From Hormiphora californensis (Eukaryota; Animalia; Ctenophora), in the NCBI GenBank assembly GCA_020137815.1, contig CM035351.1, positions 6,696,001-6,760,000 of the forward strand: a DNA stretch of 64,000 bases, read 5' to 3'. Position 1 is the first letter of the stretch. Each line of letters starts with the position of its first letter. The position numbers were made by a program, and so were the translations under genes. Below the pieces are notes generated by a model that saw only the letters and a program-made list of their open reading frames with translations, had not been told where the DNA came from and searched no databases. Positions 1-12,368 of this stretch are shown one piece after another.

Positions 1-223
1 AGCTCAATTAGGAAACAGATAAAACCGATATTTCCCTGGAGAAAACAAATAACTTTTCCTGAAAAGGAGAAAGTGATAAAAATTGCCGAGTCATACATTC
101 TGCCCTATTTCTATTTCTAATAGCTTTCTTGCAGAGGGCAATCTTCGGTACTTTAATTCGAGAAAAAAAAAGCGAAACAGTCGCCAGCTCAAAATATAAT
201 TTCAAGTGGACGACTACAGTTAC

Positions 224-597
224 CTAGGACCCAGTGTTGGGATATGATGGTAAGGAGAACAGGGATCATGTAACATAGAGCGATTGTTAGATCCAGAGCA
301 GCCAACCACTCGATCATGGCCATGGAAACACAATCAACTGTCACCGCCTTGTACTTGACACAACCAACCAAGACCAAACTGTTTCCTAAAATGGGGTTAT
401 TTGAAAAAAAGTTGCGAAGTAAATTAGAAGGATATAAATTAGAAGAATATAAATAAGAAGGATATAAAATTACCGATAATAGATTGGAGGGTAGCGAAGG
501 CATGGTAGATGGTGAGCATGCTATATCCGGCATCACTGAACCCCAGGGTTTCCGGAACAGAAATGGAAAAATTTGACGAGTCAACGAATAAAACCAT
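224..597 (-). CDS. Rhodopsin-class (class A) GPCR, first two coding exons (N-terminus to ECL1); gene continues towards/beyond the window start
   Basis: Exon 597-474 (MVLFVDSSNFSISVPETLGFSDAGYSMLTIYHAFATLQSII) joins through a phase-1 GT-AG intron to exon 385-224 (GNSLVLVGCVKYKAVTVDCVSMAMIEWLAALDLTIALCYMIPVLLTIISQHWVLG). Carries TM1 GN, TM2 LAxxD, ECL1 WxLG and an N-terminal NFS sequon. Confidence 0.8.
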
Positions 598-2110
598 GCC
601 AACTGAAAACTGAGATGCGCAAGTCAGATAATTTATAAATAAGAATCACACGGAACTTGGGGCACATTAAACACTAATACAACTAACACCTGGCGAGATG
701 TACACATGTTAAAACTATGTCATTGACATTGTCAAAAATAACACATTTCTCTAATTGCAAAGGACTTTTGCAATGGGACGAAGAAAAACTTGAACTCCTT
801 TTTATAGATCGAAACAAAGAAATTACGGGTATTCTGAGCATATTGAGATTGCAAACTACAAGTCATTCTTGTAAGGGTCCCACCCTTACTCAACAAAGTC
901 ATTCAGTTTATTAGAAATGCTGTCAAGCCAAGTTCAAACGAGAATGTTCTGACAGAAGTAATAACTATCTTTGGTCTCCCTATTTCATTCTCTCGAGCTG
1001 ATAACTATTACTATTGATCATTAGTATCTAAATATAATTATAGCTTATATAATTCACAAACAGAGATTGTGAGTAGTTAGGGACTGGAGGGTAGCCATCT
1101 GGTACTGATAATCCAGACATTATATTGGAAACAGCTGGAATGGAGAAGAATTCTAACAACTAACAACGTGCATAAATAGAAATCACCCCTTGCCTCATAC
1201 TATAAAGATAAAACCAGCTGTAACGACCTCTGTTCGCCACCTCAGTTCCATATTGCTTGGGTACTGTATCATAAGAGGAACCGGATCTGGTAAAATAAAC
1301 CGACTGTTGAAAAATAATAGAAACCAATTGCAGCCTGCGGGGACTAAAGATGAGGTTTCAGACTAAATGATTAAGGCGTTGTTGGGCGTGAGAGGGGGTA
1401 ACAGGTGGATAAAAACCAATCTCGATCATTTTTTTCTCCCCCTCAACCTTTCTCTTCCTCTAACATCTACCGTGGTCTCTCTATAAGTGACAAGGGTGAC
1501 AAGAAAAAAGGTGTCAACAGGGACGAAAGATCTCACATAGGAGAGATCCTTCCACTTCTAATCGACGCGTTGTTGTGCAAGCTGTTTTAGTGATTAAATC
1601 GTTTATCTAGAATAAGGCTTAAAAAAGAAACTGAAAAGTTATCTGGTATCATGTTATTGATACTACTATGTACATATCTGCCTATAGCATCGGTTGGATA
1701 TATCAAAATGTGCTAAAAATTAGACAATGGGCTGAGACATCCCACTATTCCATCGCATATTGTAGGACGACCTTTTGTTCATGTCCGATGAACGGCTGAC
1801 GTATTTGTACGATACCTGCTGATCAGCAAATAGCAATATCTGCGGTGTCAATGATACGGCAGGATAGTGGATACACCACAAAGTACGGCAGATACTTCAC
1901 CCCACATGCCACAAAGTACGGCACTATCAGGAAATATGACACACGGATTACACATCGCATAGGTCGTAATGACTGTAATACCATCAGATAATGACACACG
2001 GTATATATACATTGCAACCATTATCAAACTTCCTGGTATGAACTTCCCGCATGATCTAGTAGTTCCAGACCCCCATGTTACTTCACTCAAACTCTTACTG
2101 ATATTCCCTC

Positions 2111-4240
2111 TCACGCATCATCATAAATAGGGTCTTCTCCTTCTGTACTAGGTGATATGGAATACTGAATATCTCCCTCGTCATCACTCTCATCTGGTTC
2201 GTGGTATGGTCGGTGGATCTTTAGAATTGTATCATCCACTACCGGGTCGTTCACCAACTCCACCAGACCATTCAATTTGACCTGGTCCATCGCCGTCATC
2301 CTTACCACCTGGGTGCCCGACTGAAGACGAGGGAGAGATGGGAATGGTAGTGAGATAGGGGGTATGGGAATAGTGGGATAGAGGGAAGAGATATTAGGGG
2401 AAGAGATGAGGGGAATCGGGCATTTGTACGGCTAGAGGAGGGAACAATCGTTTACCGGTTTGGGTATGATTTGTTGTTTCTTCCACCTCCTCCACGCCAG
2501 CCCACCAATAATCCCTCCCACGACAAGGAGAAAGAACACAATGAAAACAATCATCCCAGCCGATAGCCCACCTGTCTCACAACCTGAATGGTATGCTAAT
2601 GACTTGTAGCTTAGGAAATTAAAACAGGATTAGCGGCGGCACTGAACATATATCAAAAGCTATCATAATTAATCGTTATTATGTATTGTTTTACCTTGAG
2701 ATGCCGATGCTATCATCTCCTTATTCCAAACAGGTTCCGAACAGATTTCTCCCTTGCTCGTTCTCTCCCAGTAGGTAAATGTCGTGGAACAAGAACAGGA
2801 CTCCTCAGGATCCGGTATAGTAACCAGATACACACTAGTGGTGGTGTTGTCCAATCTCACTAGACCAGGACCATTACAGGTCGTGTCAGCCCAGAACCTG
2901 CCATTACCCCAGGGTTCTGTGGATGAGTGATGATTCTCAATCAAAATATTTTAAACAGCTGTTATACCTATCTACAAACAATCCACTTACTGTTGATAGA
3001 GAGGGTCTGTACAACATATTCCTGTCCATCCGCAGGGCAGTTGTAGGTATTTTGTTGGGTACAATTCACCTGACTTTTAGATACGCTAACCACTTTCTCA
3101 AGGGTATACTCTCGCTTTACCTGTGGCATTCGAAATTATTGAGTGAAAACACTGTCCTTGAGGGATATCATACGACTCTTACTTCAGTTAGCAGGTGCTG
3201 ATTGATTTCGCAATCGCTTACTGGAGTAAGCGACAGGTGCTGACTGTTTTCCAAAATAACTCTTATTTTCTTGTAAGAGATATCAAGAGTAAGAGAATGG
3301 TGATTCCATTCTCTTGTGTGGTAAGCGCCGCTACTTAGCGACGTATAAACTCTTAAAACGCTTAACTGACGGGGGATCACAGGATCTGGTCACGTGAAAT
3401 GTCACGTGATAAGTCCTAGTGCACAGGGATAGCCTGTGACTGCGTACATGTGATAGATAACAGCCAATCAGAATGCAGCTAGTGAGTGAGAGAGAGCAAG
3501 ATAGTAACGCGCGGCGCTCTGGCACGTGCGGTTTGGGCGCTGGCAGGCTTTTACATGTTGCAACATGTAAAAGCCTGCCAGCGCCCAAACCGCACGTGCC
3601 AATGCGCCGCGCGAGATAATTTTCTCTCAAGGGGGCACCCTGTCTAGTGTCTCTCACTTTCTCTCCCCAATTCTTTTCCCTGTTGCTCACTAAGAATAAG
3701 AGTTTTGAGAGAACACACAGCACTGTCGCTTGAAAGAGTTATGCTGTCTGTTTTCTCGATTGTCGCTAACTGCAGTAAGAGTCGTATGATTTCCCTCCTT
3801 GGAGTTTCTATAGTCGTAGACTTAAATAACAAAATGACACACAAACCACTAGGAAGTTTGAGAAATGGAAAGTCACGTACCGTTTCGTCACAGTCAGTGT
3901 AGGCAAAGCACTCCAAGGTACAGGCGCTGAGGAACCGGCAATCATCGTTACTCTGCCACCTAAAATATATATGTGAACGGATGTATAATTTGGGTGGTCA
4001 TATCAAAGGATATCCTAGGCCATACAACTTTTCTAGACGATTGTCGAAGATAGTGCATGGATGATATTTGGTTGATGGTCTTAATGTGTACCTCGATGAT
4101 ACGGAATCCGTTCCAGCGGATGATTTGAAGACCTCCTCATCTGATCCCTCACAATTCACTGCCAACTCGCTCCATACCTCCACCCCAGTCACTGTGGTTA
4201 TTCCAGTACAGGTAAAGGTCGCATACTCGTTTGAGTTTAC
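2111..4240 (-). CDS. Multi-exon single-pass (type I-like) membrane protein with Cys-containing ectodomain and Tyr-bearing acidic cytoplasmic tail; 5' exons lie further upstream (candidates ~5155-5480 and beyond)
   Basis: Mostly phase-compatible exons: VNSNEYATFTCTG...VSSR / WQSNDDCRFLSACTLECFAYTDCDET / ... / VKREY...SIN / KPWGNG...ASQ / TM exon 2583-2456 GCETGGLSAGMIVFIVFFLLVVGGIIGGLAWRRWKK / last exon 2320-2111 ending EDPIYDDA*. One junction near 3690 is ambiguous. Confidence 0.65.
3508..3613. repeat. Intronic near-perfect palindrome (fold-back/MITE remnant)
   Basis: Perfect spacerless 82-bp palindrome at 3520-3601 centred on TTACATGTTG|CAACATGTAA; extends to 106 bp with two mismatched pairs. 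Confidence 0.9.
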
Positions 4241-4963
4241 CTGCATGTATCATATTGTGCCATTAGATCTTGTACCATTAGATCTTCTAATCTTCTAATC
4301 TTCTAATTTAGACGTCACAACGACTTGAAAAAGCGGCCTCTATCCCCAACAAAACAGAGAATCACGTTTTCCTATGTTCAGTCTCTCTCTCTCTCTCACT
4401 TTTTTGGATACGATCCAGTGAACCAAGGTTTCACAGTGAATGTCAAGGGCTCAGATGTACAATGTATAGAAGTGGGTTAAGTTTTAAAACTGCAATTACA
4501 TTTCATCACAATTCGCATACACAGCTGTGCGTTTTCCACACTTTACTGCACTTTGTTTTGCCGTGTAGTTTTATTTACTGATACTCTAGTAGGGCATCAT
4601 CTTTAGCTTTGGATATTATATTCTTACATAACATTTTATTTGGCCATACATTGGGGACTGAGGCCAGCTGAGCTGAGGTTTTGTTCAATTTCCAACATCA
4701 TCACATGATATAGCCAATTATATTCAGTACCACGGCATATGGGCTTGGCTGCAGTTGCGTATATTAGATTCATGGCTTCTCTGAGAGTTAGCAGTGAGCT
4801 CAGTTGGCAACAGACCAGTAGAAGGATCGAAACTTAAAATTCAGATATTTCACGCGATTCTGAAGACTTGAGAAACACAAAAACTCTTGGTTCCTGAGTT
4901 TAGAAAATTTGCATTGTGCATCTGCTTGTCCCATCTGCAGTTATTCGTCCCACTGCTCTCTCC

Positions 4964-4972
<9 letters not shown>

Positions 4973-5043
<71 letters not shown>

Positions 5044-5056
5044 CTCTCTCTCTTCT

Positions 5057-5099
<43 letters not shown>

Positions 5100-5110
5100 C
5101 TCTCTCTCTC
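4973..5110. repeat. (CT)n microsatellite
   Basis: Directly visible dinucleotide run; source of spurious SL/ER ORFs. Confidence 0.95.
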
Positions 5111-8100
5111 TGCTCTGACCATCTTCTAAAGCATAGGTTTCTCACTCATGCAGTACCTTGTACTTTGTCCCATTTTCTAGCTTGTACACGCCGGTAACCT
5201 CCAAGTTAGATCTCACGTTGCCACTACACTCTACATGGTTGTCAGGGGCAACGGGGGCAAACAGATAACCCTGGAACAACAAGAGAAACAACATGAGGAG
5301 AAAGAATGGATATTGGGTGTGTGCGGGTTTGAAAGCTTGCACAAGAGCTGTTTGTACTTTCTGAGTACATGTGCAGTCTATGTGCAGAATCGATTTGGTG
5401 TAAATGTGCACACTGTACACGATGCAAGCCTTGTATGACACATAGGAAACACCATGTTTATGGAATTGGGTCCAGTGAATCAAACAATTAATTCATCATC
5501 AGTGGAAAAACTGTTTGGGAGCTCCAACCAAACTCAACATAAATTCATGTGTTTTGAATGACCAAGGTAAACCCGACGAATTCAGCACCTGGTCTTGTAT
5601 GTAGTAATATATATTGAATGCCTTGTCACACCTACTTAAAAAGTTCAGTATCTGTCAAAATATACAGTCCTGTCAATATTTGCTTTTCCATCTAAACATT
5701 GCTGCATAGAAGCTGGCTAGGTGTTGGTTCGGCTATCTGCTGTCTGGCATCGCACAGACCCTTGCGGAGCGAAGAAACTTTCTTGGAAAGTGGTCAGAAA
5801 AGGTGCTGATAGGCTATCTGGGGAAGCCAAAACGGGGGCGGGGAGAGGCAAATACGACAGTTGATCGGCCCCTTTAGCTTGCTGCAGATACTTGATAGGC
5901 TGACACTTAACCATTTCTAGTTAAAAAGAGTTCTTCACATCATTTGTATGTCCGTATCATAATTTCTATAAACCCAAACATTTAGTCTTGTTCAGCCGTA
6001 AGAGTCTTGTACGACTTCTCAAGTTGTGTGACCTTTGGGACCCAGGTGACTTGCAACCTAGCTTCCTTCGTTTCAGTTTTATAGCTGACCATCTTCGCTA
6101 TTTATGGTAGTAGGACAAGGAGAATCTCGTGGTCAGATGTGGTCTTGGTATAGTGTACCATGTGTACAACTACTATACGCTGGTAAAAATGGTGAATTCG
6201 TAATTGGAGGGGGCCACGTCTAGTCCTTAGCTTGGTCTTATGCCAGCTCATCATAATGATGCTGTCTGAGATCTTTCTTCTCTCACTTTCTCCCTTCTTC
6301 CGCCCTTCATCTCTCTCTCTCTCCCTCCCTCTCTCTCTCTGTTTCTACACATCCTTTCCCTGTATTTTGCTTTCTGATTTCTCTCCCCTCTACTTCACTT
6401 TCGCTCTCCCATGCTGTTGGGACCGGAGCTATTATCCCTTATCCAACAAACGCAGAGAGAGAGAGAGATAATGATAAAGAGAGAGATAGGGAGAGAGATA
6501 ATGATAAAGAGAGAGAGATACTTAGGGAGAGATATAGATAGAGACTATGAGTATTGCAACCCCGACAGCTGCAGTAGCTATTGTAATCTGCACCGAATTT
6601 CTAGCTCCAAAGCCCCGACTGTATCGTGTACTCATCAGCTAATACAGCCTGTAATTGTAAATGTTTGGAATGCACTGATCGATACCATTGCTGACTATCC
6701 ACTTCGTATGGAATTGGAAGCTTAATCTGATCTCGGTTGCATTGTTAGGTGTTAAGGTTATGAACGAATGCACCGGTATCTAAGTATGAAAGTAGCACCA
6801 TTTTTATTAGCTGATCCGTTCGCCTCAAATTGAACTGATTTCAGATTCAGATTCAGAAACCAGAACGATTTACATCGGGTTGAAGTTCCGCTCATTATTT
6901 CTGGTTGTTTCCGTTGAAGTTGTTTTTCAAATACACTGATTTGTGGCCTGTTTGGATTTCCCCTACTCCTCTTACCACAACAGCATATTTCCACTATAAA
7001 CCATTATCAAGTCTGTCTCCATAGCTACTTCGAAGCTCTCTCTTTTTGATCTGTCTATTATCGACGTGAGAGACCGCACATACTATTTCCCCATTTTTCT
7101 CATATCCATGTATACATGTGTACCGGCCAGCTAACTTAAAGCTTCCGATTTCAGGTCATTTGCTACTATTTTTTGTTTCAATGTTTTCTTATAGGCAAAA
7201 CTTTTAAACCCCAGTTAGTTGCCAATCCGTCAGTCGTTCTAGTTTACTGAAGTAAACTTTGAAGTAAACTTTGGATTTTAACAAGCAATGCCACGTTATA
7301 TTATGTACGTTGTACTATATTTACACTACTAAAGGTATGGTTTTTAGGTAAGTATGGCTTCTTGACGATGGTCATGTACCGTTTTTGACCTTTCATAGTA
7401 CGTTTTTTGCTGATTCATAAGCTCCTAACTACTGGAGGTTACTGGATTACTTCTAAAAGCACTTTATTTCAGTTTAAAGTTTTAAAAGCTGCTGTTACTA
7501 AAAATATCTTGATAAACCATGATTGTTTCGGCCACCTCTTTCTGTGGCGGATATATGCATGGCATGTAATCATGCACAGTATGTATCATGATACGCCGTA
7601 TGTGCGGCCTACTCCTGCTCTGCAGAGATAGCTGAAGGTGAGGGGATTATATGCGAGAGAGACCACGACCGAGACGAGACTGGGGGCCTTTAACAAGATA
7701 TGTTTTGATTTTGAGGCTGGATAGAAAGCATGTGAGACTGTTAATAAGAGCTACAGATTCAGATAAATCTATCTGATCATCCAATCACCTCTCGTCGCGT
7801 TTTTAATTCTCTCTATCACGGCCATATAGCAGTTAAATCCTTTATCTTTTCTCTCTATCTTTGTTTGAATTTAACCATTACTGTAACGATTTGCGTATTC
7901 ATCATTTTATTCTGTGTCTCAACTCACAAACTGACAAAGATAGAATCTCTCTATCTCGCTCTCTGTGAACTGCTAAGCTCCGACCTCTCTTTCTCTCCAC
8001 AAAATTCTTTCTCTCTTTTATGATTTGACATTTGCAAATATTTGGAACTGTATCCTAGATCGCGAGCGAATATTTGATATGAATTATGAAGAGAGTTAAA

Positions 8101-9790
8101 AGAAAAGATACGAAAAGATACGATAGATCCTTTTGTTAAACTTGATTGAGAAAGATATCGAACAGTCGTGGTTGGTGACGTATGATGAAAGGGCATTTGA
8201 TGATTCTCCAGGGCTGAATTGGATAGGCTGAATGGCGAAATGATCATCGACGCCACACGTGTTTACGATAATTATATGATTTGGTCGGCTTTCTTGAGGG
8301 AGAGAGAGAGAGAGAGGGAGGGAGAGAGATAGGTGAAAGAGAGATCAGAGTCCTGCAAATCGAAGAGAGAGAGAGAGAGAGATCTAGAGCCGGCCTCGAT
8401 TTGCAGGAGTTTGATCTCCACGTTGTCGTTGATCTTCTCGATTTATCGGTATCTTGATTGTCATTTGCTCCACGTGACAATATAGCAGAACGGAGTGAGA
8501 GAGAGATAGAGAGAGAGAGAGAGAGAAAGAGAGAAGGGAATAAATCTCCAGTATAATTGTTATGCATATAATTGACCGCGGTTATGATTGCTGGACAGGC
8601 AATGCTCCAACACCAACAATTTGAGATTTTGATTGTCGCTATAATCGATTGGTACTCCCGGTTATTGAGTATGTCACGGCGTGCCTGGTGATATGGTGGT
8701 GCTGTACAGATCGAGTATATTTGGGCAATTTCTTTATAAATTCTCTGATTGTATTTGCAGTATGGGTTGTCTAATTATCTCTTGTTCCCAATCTCATTTC
8801 GGTGCAGTAGGGGTGCAGGTCCTGCTACTTATAGCACTAATACGCGAATGGTTCAGCCAATGGTCAAGAATATATTGGGTTCAAACTTCAAGATATCGAA
8901 ACTTTATAGCCTATTATCTAGCTACTACTTGCTAAATAAGATTGGGGTCTCACCAGATTGATATTGATAAAGGCTCGCTTCAATACGGCGTGTAGTGAGA
9001 TTGTGAGAGACAGGAAAGACATATAAATAGAATAAGAGAATGGGGGGGGGGAGAGCAAGATATTAAAGTTGTAGGTCCAATCGGTACATAGCGCTGTACA
9101 GAGTTAGGACAAACACCCATGTGGGCTCAATACAATCAGAGTTGTAGAGCGGGGTATAGATAGACCCATTATAAGCTGTAGTAGCAGCTAGTGGGAAAGA
9201 CATTGGTGGGGTTGAAGGCATCTCATGGAGACAGAGGCTCAAAGAGAGAGAGAAAGAAAGAGTGAGAGAGATGTATACAGAGAAAGCTCTCTTTCGAAAG
9301 AGAGAGAGAGAGGGGATTTGCAAAGGGGTGCTGGAGTCTAGTGTATGCCGAATTGAGCTATGTTAATGTCCTCATACTTATGCAGTGTACATAGACACAC
9401 GTGTTTTGCATGGGCCATGTTCTCTCTCTTTCGAAAGAGAGAAAGTCTTTTGGCCAACATGGACCATTATACTGGCTATACGGCCTACACTTATCCCTAT
9501 GATCCATACATGTATGAATCATATCCGTTCGATAACAGGGATAAGTTAATGTTAATGGTCCATGTTTTCATGTATAACGATGTAACTGGCTATTCAAAAT
9601 TATAACGGCCAGATGATGGAGCCAACATCATCTGTAACCAGTTTAATTATTGTTGCAGTGTTACCTTACTCTCAAGTTTTAACTCGACTTGCCCCCTATA
9701 GCTAGTCAAGATCAGAAGTGGAGCACCAGAAATTGGGCGGCTAACAGCTGCAACTGCTGCAGACCCCCCGAGGTGCAGGGAGAAGAATCA

Positions 9791-9844
9791 ATGCGACCTG
9801 GCATTCTCAAGAAAGGTGGACCTAGAAATGGAGCCATTTCTTTT
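9791..9844 (+). CDS. Probable upstream coding exon of the Kv channel (MRPGILKKGGPRNGAISF; frame open back to an acceptor at ~9701)
   Basis: Strong donor TTT|GTAAGT at 9845 is phase 0 and in frame with acceptor TTTTAG|GCG at 12351, which reads AIGAGL into the Kv ORF. Confidence 0.4.
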
Positions 9845-10254
9845 GTAAGTAAAATTATATCCGATTGTTGTTGTTGCTGCAGCTTTGTGTACGTTTATAT
9901 CATAATTTTCCTTTTTTGTCGATAGGAAACTTTTTTTGCACAAAACGCCCTTCCCTTCGTTCATTTCGGGTGATTTAAGCTTGTTTTAGCCAGTCACATC
10001 CTGTTGTCGTCGATATTCTTTAAATTGTCATACAACAACTGCAGCAGTCAACAACTTCGAGCAGTTATCACTTTGTATACAATTAAACCATACATTATAT
10101 GGCGTCTATTATTATAATCGCATTTTCTGGATATAATGAGAAAATCTTTGGCAGTTGTTTTGTGAGAGTGGTAGACATATTAGGGAGTAGTATACGCCGG
10201 GAGTTAGACGGAGAGTGATAAAGTGGAAGAGGGAGAGTTATAAGTAGGAAGGAA

Positions 10255-10262
10255 GAGAGAGA

Positions 10263-10318
<56 letters not shown>

Positions 10319-10324
10319 AAAAAG

Positions 10325-10406
<82 letters not shown>

Positions 10407-10467
10407 GAGAGATATAGAGAGAGACAGAGACAGAGACGTAGACAGAGACAGAGACAAAGAGAGAGAT
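10255..10467. repeat. (GA)n microsatellite
   Basis: Directly visible. Confidence 0.95.
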
Positions 10468-11208
10468 ATTCATTCATAACTAAATAACTTTATTAAGAAG
10501 CCTGCTAAGTTTAAAAAAACCATGGCTTTGGGAGATTTTTTCACATTTTTAGTATAGATAGCTTCTAATTTTACCCCACGAATATATAATTGCATTTCAC
10601 ATTGTGTTGAGAGCTCAAATAAACCCAGACGGCGTCCTTGTCTTAGCTCATAGCCTAAGCCCACGTACTGCCATACACAGAAAACGTTTTATGTTTTTGG
10701 ATCTTTGCACTAAACTGGGTAAAGTTAAGTAGCTTCTATCCGCAAAACTATTTCGGTATTAGCTCATGCTTCTCTAACCAGTTAAATCACACAGGAAACT
10801 GTGTGGTCGAAGCTTGGAAATCTGAGAGATTATAGAATATCTCTTCCTTGCTTTTTCAAATTCAACAGATTTTCTGATCCTTATATCTCCCACTCTCAGC
10901 TTGGAGTGTAATAAATTACTGAATTGCACAGGTCCACAGGGCTGGAAGTAGTGATTGCTTGCGTGTTTTGCAGCACAGGCTCCTGGACAAAGACCTGATC
11001 AGGCCCCCTGAAGCATCGTCCACTCGTCCTATATGGAAGAGACTAAGAGAGAGAGGGTGGGAATTTCTGGCGCCCATGTAATCAACCTGATTGATTGCTG
11101 CTTCATGCACTGTTAGATTTACTGAAAGCTGCACAGTAAAACGTTTTCCATCTACCTTCTTCGTTTCCATCTTTTTAGCTGTACGGACTCTCCCCCTCTG
11201 GGGGAGGC

Positions 11209-11470
<262 letters not shown>

Positions 11471-12368
11471 TAGAGTGAGAGCGTGCTCTCATTGAATTTT
11501 TTTCTCAAATTCATTTTGCAGCTCTCCAGTCTCCAGTTTTATACATTTTTATGCAGGTCACGGTTTTTAATCATGCATCAATCGTATTTTTTGTGGAATA
11601 CAAAAGTAGACAAATACATACCTTATTCATCGTTATTGGCCATTGCCCTAGTCTGAATCTAGCAAGATATACCCTCAGATCTAATCTCAGATAGTATCTG
11701 AATCTGGGAACTGTTTATTTGATCTCAGATACATGAGATCAGATCAAATAGTAAATGATAATTGCAAAATCCAAATTCCACAAGTTTAGTGGCAACTAAC
11801 GTCTAACTAGTTGTTGTTTTTTGCATATTTAAGTGAGAGAAAGAGAGAGAAAGAGAGATAAAGAGAACATGAAACAGAGATGTGGAGAGAGGAAAAATGT
11901 TATACAAACTTACAAAGTGAGAGCTAGAGACACATTGAGAAGGGCGTGGTATAGATTAATATAGAAAACAATGCTATTTGCAGATCTTTGCACCTTTAAC
12001 TGAGCGTGCACACCTCACCCAAAATAGGTGTGCAAATCAGCACATCTTTGGCAGATATCATGCTTGTTATCATAAACTTCATGGTCCGATGAATGTGCCA
12101 TTCTAATTTAGCCTAAAGCAACAGCAATAGCTGAGTACATCTTTTAAGTACTAGAACCTGTGAAAAGCCTATACTGCAGAAATGATTGATTTTTATACTG
12201 AGACGGTCTTGCTTGTTAGGATCCTCGGTATAACATAACCATGCTCAATCATTTGCATTCTAAGTTGTTTTGTCTGTGCTTTGCATTTAGATCTCTATTC
12301 CATGTACTGTAGATCCTGTGTACTTCTAACGACTGTTTCCCCTGTTTTAGGCGATTGGTGCTGGTCTT

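Noticed and set aside
4792-4835. tRNA-like A-box (AGCTCAGTTGG)
   Set aside because: No cloverleaf or proper B-box follows.
6758-6994. ORF ending FEANGSANKNGATFILRYRC, reminiscent of a CUB-domain end
   Set aside because: Similarity too weak and no consistent splice partners found.
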